Both the position numbers and the translations under genes were made by a program. A DNA stretch of 39,632 nt, taken from assembly GCA_027066795.1 (NCBI GenBank), contig JAMONA010000023.1, forward strand, positions 1 through 39,632, read 5' to 3'. Below the pieces are notes generated by a model. It saw only the letters and a program-made list of their open reading frames with translations, did not search any database and was not told where the DNA came from. Below, one piece after another: positions 1 to 7,418 of this stretch; within the stretch, counting starts at the first letter, position 1; the number at the start of each line of letters is the position of its first letter. Source of the DNA: Candidatus Kaiserbacteria bacterium. GTDB lineage: Bacteria; Patescibacteriota; Minisyncoccia; Phycocordibacterales; UBA2100.

Positions 1-45
1 AGCAGAGAAAAAGGAGTAGGTTATTAAAAAATTAATTAAATTATT

Positions 46-570
46 ATGACAGAAGACAAGTCAAAAGATGCAGCCGCAGAGGCTGAGGTGAAGGAGGAGG
101 CACCAGTAGTAGAGGAGGCAAAAACAGAGGAGAAGGCCGAGGAGGCAGCTCCAGTTGTTGAGGAGAAGAAAGAGGAGGTTGCAGAAGAGACTCCAGCAGA
201 GGTACCAGCAGAGTATAAAGAGATGATAGAAAAGATAGAGAGCATGACCGTACTAGAGCTTAACGGCCTAGTTAAAGCTATTGAGGAGCGCTTCGGTGTG
301 TCAGCTGCTGCAGTAGCAGTAGCAGGTGGTGGCGGTGACGCAGCCGCAGCTGAAGACAAGAGTGACTTTGACGTAAATCTTGTAAGCTTCGGAGAGAAGA
401 AGATTGCCGTTATTAAGGTAGTTAAAGACATATTAGGTCTTGGACTTAAAGACGCTAAAGACCTTGTAGAATCTGCACCAGCATCACTTAAGAGTGAGGT
501 TAAGGCAGAGGAGGCAGAGGAGTGGAAGACTAAGCTAGAGGAGGCAGGTGCCACTGTAGAGCTTAAGTAA
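46..570 (+). CDS. rplL: 50S ribosomal protein L7/L12 with ~59-aa acidic N-terminal extension
   Basis: The last ~115 aa follow the L7/L12 pattern ([30 protein letters not shown] ... [27 protein letters not shown] ... [10 protein letters not shown]). Residues 1-59 are E/A/K/P-rich. An intrinsic terminator follows. Alternative start ATG at 223. Confidence 0.9.
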   Translation: MTEDKSKDAAAEAEVKEEAPVVEEAKTEEKAEEAAPVVEEKKEEVAEETPAEVPAEYKEMIEKIESMTVLELNGLVKAIEERFGVSAAAVAVAGGGGDAAAAEDKSDFDVNLVSFGEKKIAVIKVVKDILGLGLKDAKDLVESAPASLKSEVKAEEAEEWKTKLEEAGATVELK

Positions 571-590
571 TACACTTACCTAATGCGATC

Positions 591-617
591 AAAAGCGGCC
601 CTAACGGGCCGCTTTTT
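591..617 (+). terminator. Rho-independent terminator after rplL
   Basis: GCGGCCC (595-601), loop TAAC, GGGCCGC (606-612), then T5 (613-617). Preceded by A4. Confidence 0.85.
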
Positions 618-634
618 GTATGTATTTCTTAACA

Positions 635-643
635 TGCTATAAT
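635..643 (+). promoter_or_regulatory. Extended -10 promoter (TGcTATAAT), 9 nt upstream of ATG 653
   Basis: TGCTATAAT at 635-643 and TTGTAT at 616-621 (16-nt spacer). The predicted TSS is 2-3 nt before ATG 653. Confidence 0.55.
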
Positions 644-652
644 ATCCCCAAT

Positions 653-1279
653 ATGGCCATGAAAGACCCTTTAACAAAATTATTTGGCTCTGCTGGGAGA
701 ATTAAGATTATGCGTCTATTCTTAGCTAATGATGATGAGTGCATACATATAGCAGATATAGTACGCCAAACCAAGACACTAAAGGCTACCGTAACTAAAG
801 AAGCTAAAATACTAGAGCAATCCGGCTTCTTAAGTAAGGTTAAGTGTCATACAGAGGAGGTGAAAAAGCTCAAAAGCGGGGATAAGATAGTAAAAAAGAC
901 AAAACCTGGGTTTAAACTTAACAAAGACTTTGAATACTTGCAGGCAATGCGGGCACTATTAACCCAAGTCTCTGGTATGCAGGGCAGCGACTTATCCAAA
1001 CGCATGCGTAAGGCAGGCCGAATTAAGGCCTTAGTAGTGGCCGGTGTATTCTTACAAGACACAGCAGCAAGAGTAGACTTATTAATAGTCGGTGATGCTA
1101 TAAAACATCGCCAACTTGAAAGTGTAATAAGGGCTACCGAGGCAGAGCTAGGGCAGAGTTTGCGCTATGCTGTATTCACCTCTAATGAATTTAAGTATCG
1201 TCTAGACATGAAAGACAAGCTTATATGTGATATATTCAACACCCCACACAAGAAACTCCTAAATCGTATAGGTCTCTAG
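653..1279 (+). CDS. Winged-helix (ArsR-like) DNA-binding protein with C-terminal alpha/beta domain
   Basis: N-terminus RIKIMRLFLANDDECIHIADIVRQTKTLKATVTKEAKILEQSGFLSKV looks like a wHTH. The ORF-track start at 620 lies upstream of the -10 box, so ATG 653 is preferred. Confidence 0.5.
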   Translation: MAMKDPLTKLFGSAGRIKIMRLFLANDDECIHIADIVRQTKTLKATVTKEAKILEQSGFLSKVKCHTEEVKKLKSGDKIVKKTKPGFKLNKDFEYLQAMRALLTQVSGMQGSDLSKRMRKAGRIKALVVAGVFLQDTAARVDLLIVGDAIKHRQLESVIRATEAELGQSLRYAVFTSNEFKYRLDMKDKLICDIFNTPHKKLLNRIGL

Positions 1280-1326
1280 TTATATACACAATATACACCG
1301 CATAGACTCTCTATACTCTAAGTAGA

Positions 1327-1335
1327 TGTTATAAT
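1327..1335 (+). promoter_or_regulatory. Extended -10 promoter (TGtTATAAT) for the 1393 gene, with a ~50-nt leader
   Basis: TGTTATAAT at 1327-1335. An in-frame stop at 1375-1377 rules out an earlier start, so this gene has a real leader. Confidence 0.5.
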
Positions 1336-1360
1336 ATAAACAGGTCGAAACTTAAATATT

Positions 1361-1378
1361 ATTAAATCCGGATTTAAT
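1361..1378. repeat. Perfect 18-bp palindrome ATTAAATCC|GGATTTAAT in the leader of the 1393 gene
   Basis: Read directly. The reverse complement of ATTAAATCC is GGATTTAAT. It sits between the -10 box and the start codon. Confidence 0.8.
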
Positions 1379-1392
1379 TTAAAAAAACAATT

Positions 1393-2076
1393 ATGTTAAT
1401 TACTACGTGGGCAGACATACTGCAGAATGCATTTCAAGATGTATTCCGTACATTTGTTAACTTTGTACCAAATGTCGTAGGCGCAATACTTTTCCTTGCC
1501 ATAGGTTGGCTAGTAGGAGTAGTGCTAGCACGTATCATTACTCAGCTTTTCAGGGTTATCAAGCTTGATAACGCACTGCGTTATGCGGGAGCAGAGGAGG
1601 TACTAACAAAAGCAGGAATGAAGCTTAACTCTCCATTCTTTATGGGTGAGCTTGTTAAATGGCTAGTGATCATAGTCTTCTTAATGTTCTCATTAAATGT
1701 TATAGGTCTTGGGCAGGCAGCCCTATTTATGAAAGATGCAATAGGTATAATACTACCGCAGGTCGTATTAGCCGCAGTCATCTTAATAATAACAGCTGTT
1801 ATGGCTAGGTTTGTAGACAGCATCGTCACAGGCTCAGCTAAGGCAACAGGTGTTGAGTCAGCTAACTTCATAGGCAATCTTGCCAAGTGGGCAATATGGG
1901 TGATGGGTGCTCTTACAGCATTCGCACAGCTTGGTGTTGATGCATCATTTATCTACACGCTGTTTACAGGTGTGATAGTGGCATTTTCACTAGCGTTCGG
2001 GCTTGCATTTGGCCTTGGGGGTCAAGGTGCAGCTTCAGAATACCTAGAAAAACTACGCAACGATATGCGTAAGTAA
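1393..2076 (+). CDS. Polytopic membrane protein, conserved-TM-helix repeat type (mechanosensitive-channel-related?)
   Basis: Several hydrophobic helices, repeated motif around ...NFVPNVVGAILFLAIGWLVG... and ...NFIGNLAKWAIWVMGALTAF... A terminator follows. Confidence 0.4.
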   Translation: MLITTWADILQNAFQDVFRTFVNFVPNVVGAILFLAIGWLVGVVLARIITQLFRVIKLDNALRYAGAEEVLTKAGMKLNSPFFMGELVKWLVIIVFLMFSLNVIGLGQAALFMKDAIGIILPQVVLAAVILIITAVMARFVDSIVTGSAKATGVESANFIGNLAKWAIWVMGALTAFAQLGVDASFIYTLFTGVIVAFSLAFGLAFGLGGQGAASEYLEKLRNDMRK

Positions 2077-2108
2077 GTTATTACCTAACAGTAATACCTA
2101 TAATAAAA

Positions 2109-2136
2109 ACGTCTCCACTCGGAGGCGTTTTTATTT
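2109..2136 (+). terminator. Rho-independent terminator
   Basis: ACGTCTCC (2109-2116), loop ACTC, GGAGGCGT (2121-2128) with one G-T wobble, then TTTTATTT. Confidence 0.8.
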
Positions 2137-2162
2137 GACTATCACGAGCTATTTGGTAGTAT
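2135..2162 (+). promoter_or_regulatory. Full sigma70-type promoter upstream of tuf (TTGACT-16-TGgTAGTAT)
   Basis: TTGACT 2135-2140, TGG 2154-2156, TAGTAT 2157-2162. This implies a ~138-nt leader before tuf ATG 2307. Confidence 0.5.
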
Positions 2163-2306
2163 ATATCGCACGCATGGCTTATTGCATGCGCCAGAGTTGC
2201 AGGGTATGGCGGTTACTTTTGTTTATCACTCGTTCTCGCGAGCTAAGCAAAGGTTGCCCAGATACTAAGCAGCAAATATTATTAATTATTAGTAAAAATA
2301 AATATT

Positions 2307-3500
2307 ATGGCAGAAGAATTTAATAGAGATAAGGACCACATTAACGTTGGTACACTTGGTCACGTAGACCATGGTAAAACAACGCTTACTGCAGCAATCC
2401 TTAACTCATTGCACCTAGATGGGCAAAACGTAAAGAAGGCAAGTATCGACGACATCGATAATGCCCCAGAGGAGAAGGAGCGTGGTATCACCATTTCTCT
2501 TTCACACCAGGAGTACGAGACAGCTACTCGTCACTATGCTCACATTGATGCACCAGGCCACGCCGACTACATCAAGAACATGATTACAGGAGCAGCACAG
2601 ATGGATGGTGCTATACTAGTAGTAGCAGCAACAGACGGCCTTATGCCACAAACTCGTGAGCACATCCTGCTTGCTAAGCAAGTTGGTGTACCTAAGATCA
2701 TTGTATTTATCAACAAGACAGACATGCCAGACGTTGATGAGGAGATGATAGAGCTAGTAGAGGAGGAGATCCGCGAGGTTCTTACTCAGTACAAGTACGA
2801 CGGCGAGAACACACCGTTTATACGTGGCTCAGCACTTAAGGGTGCAGAGGCAACAGAGAAAGACGAGTGGGTAGAGAAAATCCTAGAGCTTACAACAGCT
2901 ATGGATGAGTGGTTTGAGATCCCAGCTCGTGAGCTAGACAAGCCATTCCTTATGCCTATAGAGGACATCTTCTCAATAGAGGGGCGTGGTACAGTAGTTA
3001 CAGGCCGCATAGAGCGTGGTAAGGTAACAGTAGGAGAGGAGGTAGAGATCGTTGGTATCAAAGAGACATCACTTACAACTGTTACAGGTGTAGAGATGTT
3101 TAACAAGAACCTACAAGAGGGTCTTGCAGGAGACAACGCAGGTATCCTACTAAGAGGTACTAAGAAAGACGATGTACACCGAGGGCAAGTACTTGCTGCT
3201 AAGGGTTCAATAACTCCACACACAGAGTTTGAGGCTGAGGTATACATCCTTACTAAAGAGGAGGGAGGTCGTCACACACCATTCTTCACTGGTTACAAGC
3301 CACAATTCTACGTACGAACTACAGACGTTACAGGAGAGGTAACACTTGCAGAGGGTACAGAGATGGTAATGCCAGGAGACACTGTAACCTTTAAGGTTAA
3401 GCTGGTAGGCCCTATCGCACTTGAGGACAAGATGCGCTTCGCTGTACGCGAGGGAGGTCGCACAGTAGGTGCTGGTGTTGTTACTAAGGTTGTTGCATAA
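2307..3500 (+). CDS. tuf: Elongation factor Tu
   Basis: [15 protein letters not shown] and NKTD GTPase motifs. Full-length EF-Tu-like 397 aa. Confidence 0.97.
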   Translation: MAEEFNRDKDHINVGTLGHVDHGKTTLTAAILNSLHLDGQNVKKASIDDIDNAPEEKERGITISLSHQEYETATRHYAHIDAPGHADYIKNMITGAAQMDGAILVVAATDGLMPQTREHILLAKQVGVPKIIVFINKTDMPDVDEEMIELVEEEIREVLTQYKYDGENTPFIRGSALKGAEATEKDEWVEKILELTTAMDEWFEIPARELDKPFLMPIEDIFSIEGRGTVVTGRIERGKVTVGEEVEIVGIKETSLTTVTGVEMFNKNLQEGLAGDNAGILLRGTKKDDVHRGQVLAAKGSITPHTEFEAEVYILTKEEGGRHTPFFTGYKPQFYVRTTDVTGEVTLAEGTEMVMPGDTVTFKVKLVGPIALEDKMRFAVREGGRTVGAGVVTKVVA

Positions 3501-3600
3501 GCAACTTTAGTAGCCCTTACGGGCACACCTATTGCAAGAGTATGGAGTCCGTGGTAAGTTACTTATCACAATAAGTTGTACATTTAAAAAATAATTAATC

Positions 3601-3960
3601 ATGGTAGAAACAAAGAAGAAGGCGCCTACAAAAAAGGCAACAAGTAAAAAGCAAGTAGACAAGCTACGCATACGTGTACGAGCCTACGAGCACAAGCTGT
3701 TGGATATATCTGTAAAGCAGATTATAGACACAGCAAAGCGCTTCGATGCCGAGGTAAGAGGCCCAATTCCGATGCCTACCGAGATTAAGAAGTACACCGT
3801 AAACCGCTCAACCTTCGTCCACAAGGACGCGCGAGAACAGTTTGAGATGCGTGTACACAAGAGACTCATAGACATCTTACAGCCGGAAACCAAGGTAATG
3901 GAGGCACTAACTAACATCTCACTCCCATCTGGAGTGTCAATAGATCTTAAAATGGTGTAA
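3601..3960 (+). CDS. rpsJ: 30S ribosomal protein S10 with Lys-rich N-terminal extension
   Basis: LRIRVRAYEHKLLDISVKQIIDTAKRFDAEVRGPIPMPTEIKKYTVNRSTFVHKDAREQFEMRVHKRLIDI matches S10. About 17 extra K-rich residues at the N-terminus. Confidence 0.93.
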   Translation: MVETKKKAPTKKATSKKQVDKLRIRVRAYEHKLLDISVKQIIDTAKRFDAEVRGPIPMPTEIKKYTVNRSTFVHKDAREQFEMRVHKRLIDILQPETKVMEALTNISLPSGVSIDLKMV

Positions 3961-3991
3961 TAGCAATATAAACTCTATAACCAATTAAAAA

Positions 3992-4014
3992 CCCCTACAA
4001 TTGTAGGGGTTTTT
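3992..4014. terminator. Bidirectional terminator between convergent rpsJ and the 4036-4713 gene
   Basis: Perfect palindrome CCCCTACAATTGTAGGGG (3992-4009), flanked by A5 upstream and T5 downstream. Confidence 0.85.
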
Positions 4015-4035
4015 AATATACTATAAAAAATCTAG

Positions 4036-4713
4036 TTACTGCCTAGCTAACCCATCAACTATAATGCGCTTCATCTCACCCCTCTCGTCCTTAGCACGTT
4101 GAACGTTCTCAATACCTCTAAATGTATAGTCATTTCTAGTACTTAATACACCTCCATCACTAGGCCTCTGTACAAGTGACCCCTTACCGAAGGGGTAGCA
4201 TCCCCTAACTAGAGCCTCACTAGATGCAACAAGATCTATATCTACGATATTACCTCCATGACTCTTGCTGGATACACCTATTCTTATATCATTAAACCCC
4301 ATATTTGTAAAACGTTTTTTAATCTTAAGTATAGTGTCGCCGCTATGCATACATGTATCATATACAAGCAGAGGTAGTGCACTATCTCGTACCAAGTGTT
4401 TATACGTATTATCCATATCATAAGCCACATCAGGCCCTTCGGGCCCTTCAGGCTCTACATAAAAGAACCCGCTAAAAAGAGGACCTGGACTAGTAAAATA
4501 TATGTTGGGCTTCTTGTCGTCGGGGTATACAGTCTTCCAATACTCCCACAAAGGCACATAAAAGTTACGTGCACTCCTGTCAGGCAGTATTATATTTGGT
4601 ATCTTTTGATCATGTATATATTCAGCAACAACCTTAACTTCGTTAAATAACTGCTCTCTGGCTTCTGGGTCATGGTAGTACTTATACTCTTTAGTCGGAC
4701 TTATTCTCTCCAT
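4036..4713 (-). CDS. Phosphoribosyltransferase-fold protein (PRPP-binding-like motif)
   Basis: LLVYDTCMHSGDT resembles the PRPP-binding loop of type I PRTases. The ORF-track start at 4734 is TTG. ATG 4713 lies 7 nt downstream of a TATACT box (4726-4721). Confidence 0.4.
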   Translation of the reverse strand: MERISPTKEYKYYHDPEAREQLFNEVKVVAEYIHDQKIPNIILPDRSARNFYVPLWEYWKTVYPDDKKPNIYFTSPGPLFSGFFYVEPEGPEGPDVAYDMDNTYKHLVRDSALPLLVYDTCMHSGDTILKIKKRFTNMGFNDIRIGVSSKSHGGNIVDIDLVASSEALVRGCYPFGKGSLVQRPSDGGVLSTRNDYTFRGIENVQRAKDERGEMKRIIVDGLARQ

Positions 4714-4792
4714 AGCTAACAGTATACTAAACAATATCTAACATTCAAAATGTACTGGTCACTAGCTTTTCTATGTAGAAGTTAGTTAAATT

Positions 4793-4819
4793 AAAAAACA
4801 CACTACGAATCTCGCAGTG
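4793..4819 (-). terminator. Rho-independent terminator after the M23 peptidase gene
   Basis: On the minus strand: CACTGCGA, loop GAT, TCGTAGTG (one G-U wobble), then TGTTTTTT. Confidence 0.7.
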
Positions 4820-4857
4820 CAGACTTGTTTAAAACCACTATTTGCTACTATGTACCA

Positions 4858-5868
4858 TTAAAACGGATTCCTAGCACCACGGACCTCAAAGTGTAGATGT
4901 GGTCCTGTAGAGCGCCCAGTGTTACCTACATAACCAATCACTTGCCCTTGTGTCACGCTCTGGCCTGTCCAGCTAATGTTTTTACTCATGTGAGCATATA
5001 CCGTCTGAGTACCGTTAGGGTGTTTAATGATTGTATAACGCCCGTAGCCGCCATTATAGCCACCAGCTCTTGCAAGTATTACGCTACCAGCAGCACTAGC
5101 TATAATAGGTGTGCCTGTTGGGGCTCCTAAGTCTACAGCATTGTAACCGTGTATCCTTTGTGTCTTCACTCCAGCTTGGTTAAGAGGGTGGGCGAAGTAA
5201 CCTGTAGCATCTACACGAGAGACGTTACGAGCACGACTTGTAGTCCGGGCTACACGCGCGACAGGCTTAGGGCTAGCTATCTCTCCGTTAGGGATTATAA
5301 CCACCGTACCTTTGGCCAAGTCTTCATCAGGCCCGACTCCGTTATACTCTGCAGCCTCCTCTATGCTTCCTCCATATTTCTTAATAACATCTCTTATAGA
5401 GCCACCGCTCTTGATGGTATATTTGATACCTGTCATAGGTAGTATAACGAGCTTTTGCCCAATATTTATAGTAGAGCCACGCTTAATATCATTGGCCCAT
5501 TTAATAGTATTTATAGACACTCCGAACGTTTCAGCTATTCTACCCAAGCTATCTCCCTCACGTACTATGTATATGCTTATTTGCCCTCCAGTAGTCTTAC
5601 CTTCAGTAAACTCTGTTACGCCTCCCTCTGGCCCGCTCTCGGCCACTAAGGCAGAGCCGTTACGCACTACTATAAAGCCCCCTCCAACTGCTGGGTTAGG
5701 GTCTATATTACGTGCTGCGCGTGGCAAGGGGATTGTCTGGGAGTCATATCCGCTGTCTGTAGTGTACTCAACCTTATATGAAAATAGGGCAGAGATAGTG
5801 TCTAATACACCAGCGTCAGCATGACTGGGTAATGCAAGCCCTAAGGCTAAAAATATAGAGACACCCAC
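4858..5868 (-). CDS. Secreted LysM-domain M23 (lysostaphin-like) peptidoglycan endopeptidase
   Basis: LysM-like segment (YIVREGDSLGRIAETFGVSINTIKWANDI...GQKLVILP). M23 motifs HGYNAVDL ... GYVGNTGRSTGPHLHFEV. Start is GTG at 5868. The signal peptide looks N-terminally short, so the start is uncertain. Confidence 0.85.
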   Translation of the reverse strand: MGVSIFLALGLALPSHADAGVLDTISALFSYKVEYTTDSGYDSQTIPLPRAARNIDPNPAVGGGFIVVRNGSALVAESGPEGGVTEFTEGKTTGGQISIYIVREGDSLGRIAETFGVSINTIKWANDIKRGSTINIGQKLVILPMTGIKYTIKSGGSIRDVIKKYGGSIEEAAEYNGVGPDEDLAKGTVVIIPNGEIASPKPVARVARTTSRARNVSRVDATGYFAHPLNQAGVKTQRIHGYNAVDLGAPTGTPIIASAAGSVILARAGGYNGGYGRYTIIKHPNGTQTVYAHMSKNISWTGQSVTQGQVIGYVGNTGRSTGPHLHFEVRGARNPF

Positions 5869-6075
5869 TGAGGAGTATGTAAATTTCTGTTTTATATATT
5901 GTGTTTTTTACTTTCTTAGCAGTCGTAACCAGTCTTGCAGTATAGCCTTGCGGCAGTTTCTTGTATATTTATAACTGTAACGCACATATATGTATCGTCA
6001 ACAGCTGGCATATTGTACTGTGTATAACTCAAAAGTCAATACCAGACCACTTATTATTAAATTTGTCAATACTTA

Positions 6076-7383
6076 CTACTCTAGTACCTCTATGTTTGCT
6101 CCCACAGCATTTAGCCTCTGTGCTAAATCTTCATAGCCTCTAGCTATCGTATATATATTGCGCAGTATACTCTCACCCTCTGCACCAAGCATAGCAAGAA
6201 AGATTATAAAGCCTGGCCGTAATGCAGGCGGGCACACCACTTGTGCGCCCTTAAGCACGGTCTTACCTACAACCTTAACCCTGTGCGGGTCTAGCAATTG
6301 TACATTGGCGCCGAGCTTATTAAGCTCTGTAAAGTGTATTGCTCTACTCTCCCACATCCAGTCATGTATGAGTGTCTCTCCTTCAGATTGAGTCGCAATA
6401 GGGGCGAAGTAAGGCAGGTTGTCTACATTTAACCCTGGGTAGGGTAGTGGGTGTATCTTATTCTCAGGGGCCTTTAGCTCGCTCTTGTCTGCGTGCACTG
6501 TAATATCTACTAGCTCTGTCTTATCATTTTTAGCCAAATACTTATCACTAGTGTCAAATTTAAGACCCATATACTTAAGCTTAAGCAGCTCAACCTCTAA
6601 GAAGTTAATAGGGCACCTCTCTACTGTAAGCTCCGAACCAGTCATAATGGCAGCTGTAACAAACCCCATAGCCTCTATTGGGTCCTCACTATTATAGTGC
6701 TCTGCCTCCATGTCTATACTCTCCACACCATGCACGGTAAGTATATGTGTACCCACACCATCAATCTTAACTCCGAATGTCTCCATAAGGTGGCAAACAT
6801 CCTGCACTTGGTAGTTGGGTGGTGCATAACGTATGATTGTCTTACCGGGTGTCAGTGCAGCGGCTATTATTAAATTCTCGGCTGCTGTGTCACTTGCCTC
6901 ATACATCACTATTTCTGCTGCTTTGAGTCCTCTATTTGTTACATGGTAGTCATCCTCCTCTGTGAGGATATGCACACCTAGTTCCTCAAGCCCATGCTTG
7001 TGCGCCGCAATAGTGCGCTCTCCCATGTCACAACCGCCAGCGTGTGGCAGACGAAAGTCTTTATCAATATGCACCAAGGCACCGAGCAACATAAGCACAG
7101 AGCGCATACGACTTGCGGACTCTCTGTTTATTTTACTTATATCCCATTGTTTTGGTGGTGTTATCTTTAGTGAAGTGTCACTAAGTGCCTCCACCTTTAT
7201 ATCGAGACTCTTGAATACCTCTAACATACGTCGTATCTCCTCTATACGTGGTATGCCATGTAGCGTAGTTGTACCCTTGTTAATCAGTGATGCACACAGT
7301 AAGCCCAGCGCTCCATTTTTAGATGTGTTAGTAACAATACTACCACTCAATTTCCTCCCACCTTGTATCTTAAAGTCTGTCAT
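6076..7383 (-). CDS. murA: UDP-N-acetylglucosamine 1-carboxyvinyltransferase
   Basis: MTDFKIQGGRKLSGSI... start and active-site region RLPHAGGCDMGERTI. ATG 7383 (M21 of the ORF track) is preferred. It removes the overlap with uvrD and lies 8 nt after TGgTATATT. Confidence 0.93.
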   Translation of the reverse strand: MTDFKIQGGRKLSGSIVTNTSKNGALGLLCASLINKGTTTLHGIPRIEEIRRMLEVFKSLDIKVEALSDTSLKITPPKQWDISKINRESASRMRSVLMLLGALVHIDKDFRLPHAGGCDMGERTIAAHKHGLEELGVHILTEEDDYHVTNRGLKAAEIVMYEASDTAAENLIIAAALTPGKTIIRYAPPNYQVQDVCHLMETFGVKIDGVGTHILTVHGVESIDMEAEHYNSEDPIEAMGFVTAAIMTGSELTVERCPINFLEVELLKLKYMGLKFDTSDKYLAKNDKTELVDITVHADKSELKAPENKIHPLPYPGLNVDNLPYFAPIATQSEGETLIHDWMWESRAIHFTELNKLGANVQLLDPHRVKVVGKTVLKGAQVVCPPALRPGFIIFLAMLGAEGESILRNIYTIARGYEDLAQRLNAVGANIEVLE

Positions 7384-7391
7384 TAGGCTCA

Positions 7392-7400
7392 AATATACCA
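7392..7400 (-). promoter_or_regulatory. Extended -10 (TGgTATATT), 8 nt upstream of murA ATG (leaderless-type)
   Basis: The minus strand reads TGGTATATT-tgagccta-ATG. Confidence 0.55.
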
Positions 7401-7403
7401 CCG

Positions 7404-7412
7404 TGCTAAAAT
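7404..7412 (+). promoter_or_regulatory. Extended -10 (TGcTAAAAT), 6 nt upstream of uvrD ATG (leaderless-type)
   Basis: TGCTAAAAT-accgca-ATG at 7404-7421. Confidence 0.55.
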
Positions 7413-7418
7413 ACCGCA

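Noticed and set aside
36-575. 179-aa minus-strand ORF covering all of rplL
   Set aside because: It is the mirror image of a purine-rich, stop-poor coding region. The product is S/A/T low complexity, and the plus-strand product is clearly L7/L12.
2290-2306. Leaderless-type -10 (TAAAAAT) 7 nt before tuf ATG, and similar AT-rich matches before rpsJ, dnaN, 18306 and 23665
   Set aside because: The local sequence is almost pure A/T, so hexamer matches are not informative. There is no TG extension.
2135-2323. 62-aa ORF upstream of and overlapping the tuf start
   Set aside because: It starts with TTG inside the -35 hexamer of the tuf promoter. It has no coding-like composition and overlaps tuf.
2786-3247. 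Antisense ORFs inside tuf (also 3308-3526)
   Set aside because: They are fully embedded opposite a highly conserved gene, and the products are low complexity.
5312-5824. 170-aa plus-strand ORF opposite the LysM/M23 peptidase
   Set aside because: The minus-strand product has unambiguous LysM and M23 motifs. The antisense product has none.
5869-6075. Riboswitch (e.g. c-di-AMP class) in the long spacer upstream of the cell-wall hydrolase gene
   Set aside because: I could not identify conserved riboswitch motifs or convincing helices. There are only candidate promoters (minus-strand TTGACT-16-TACAAT at 6039-6012).
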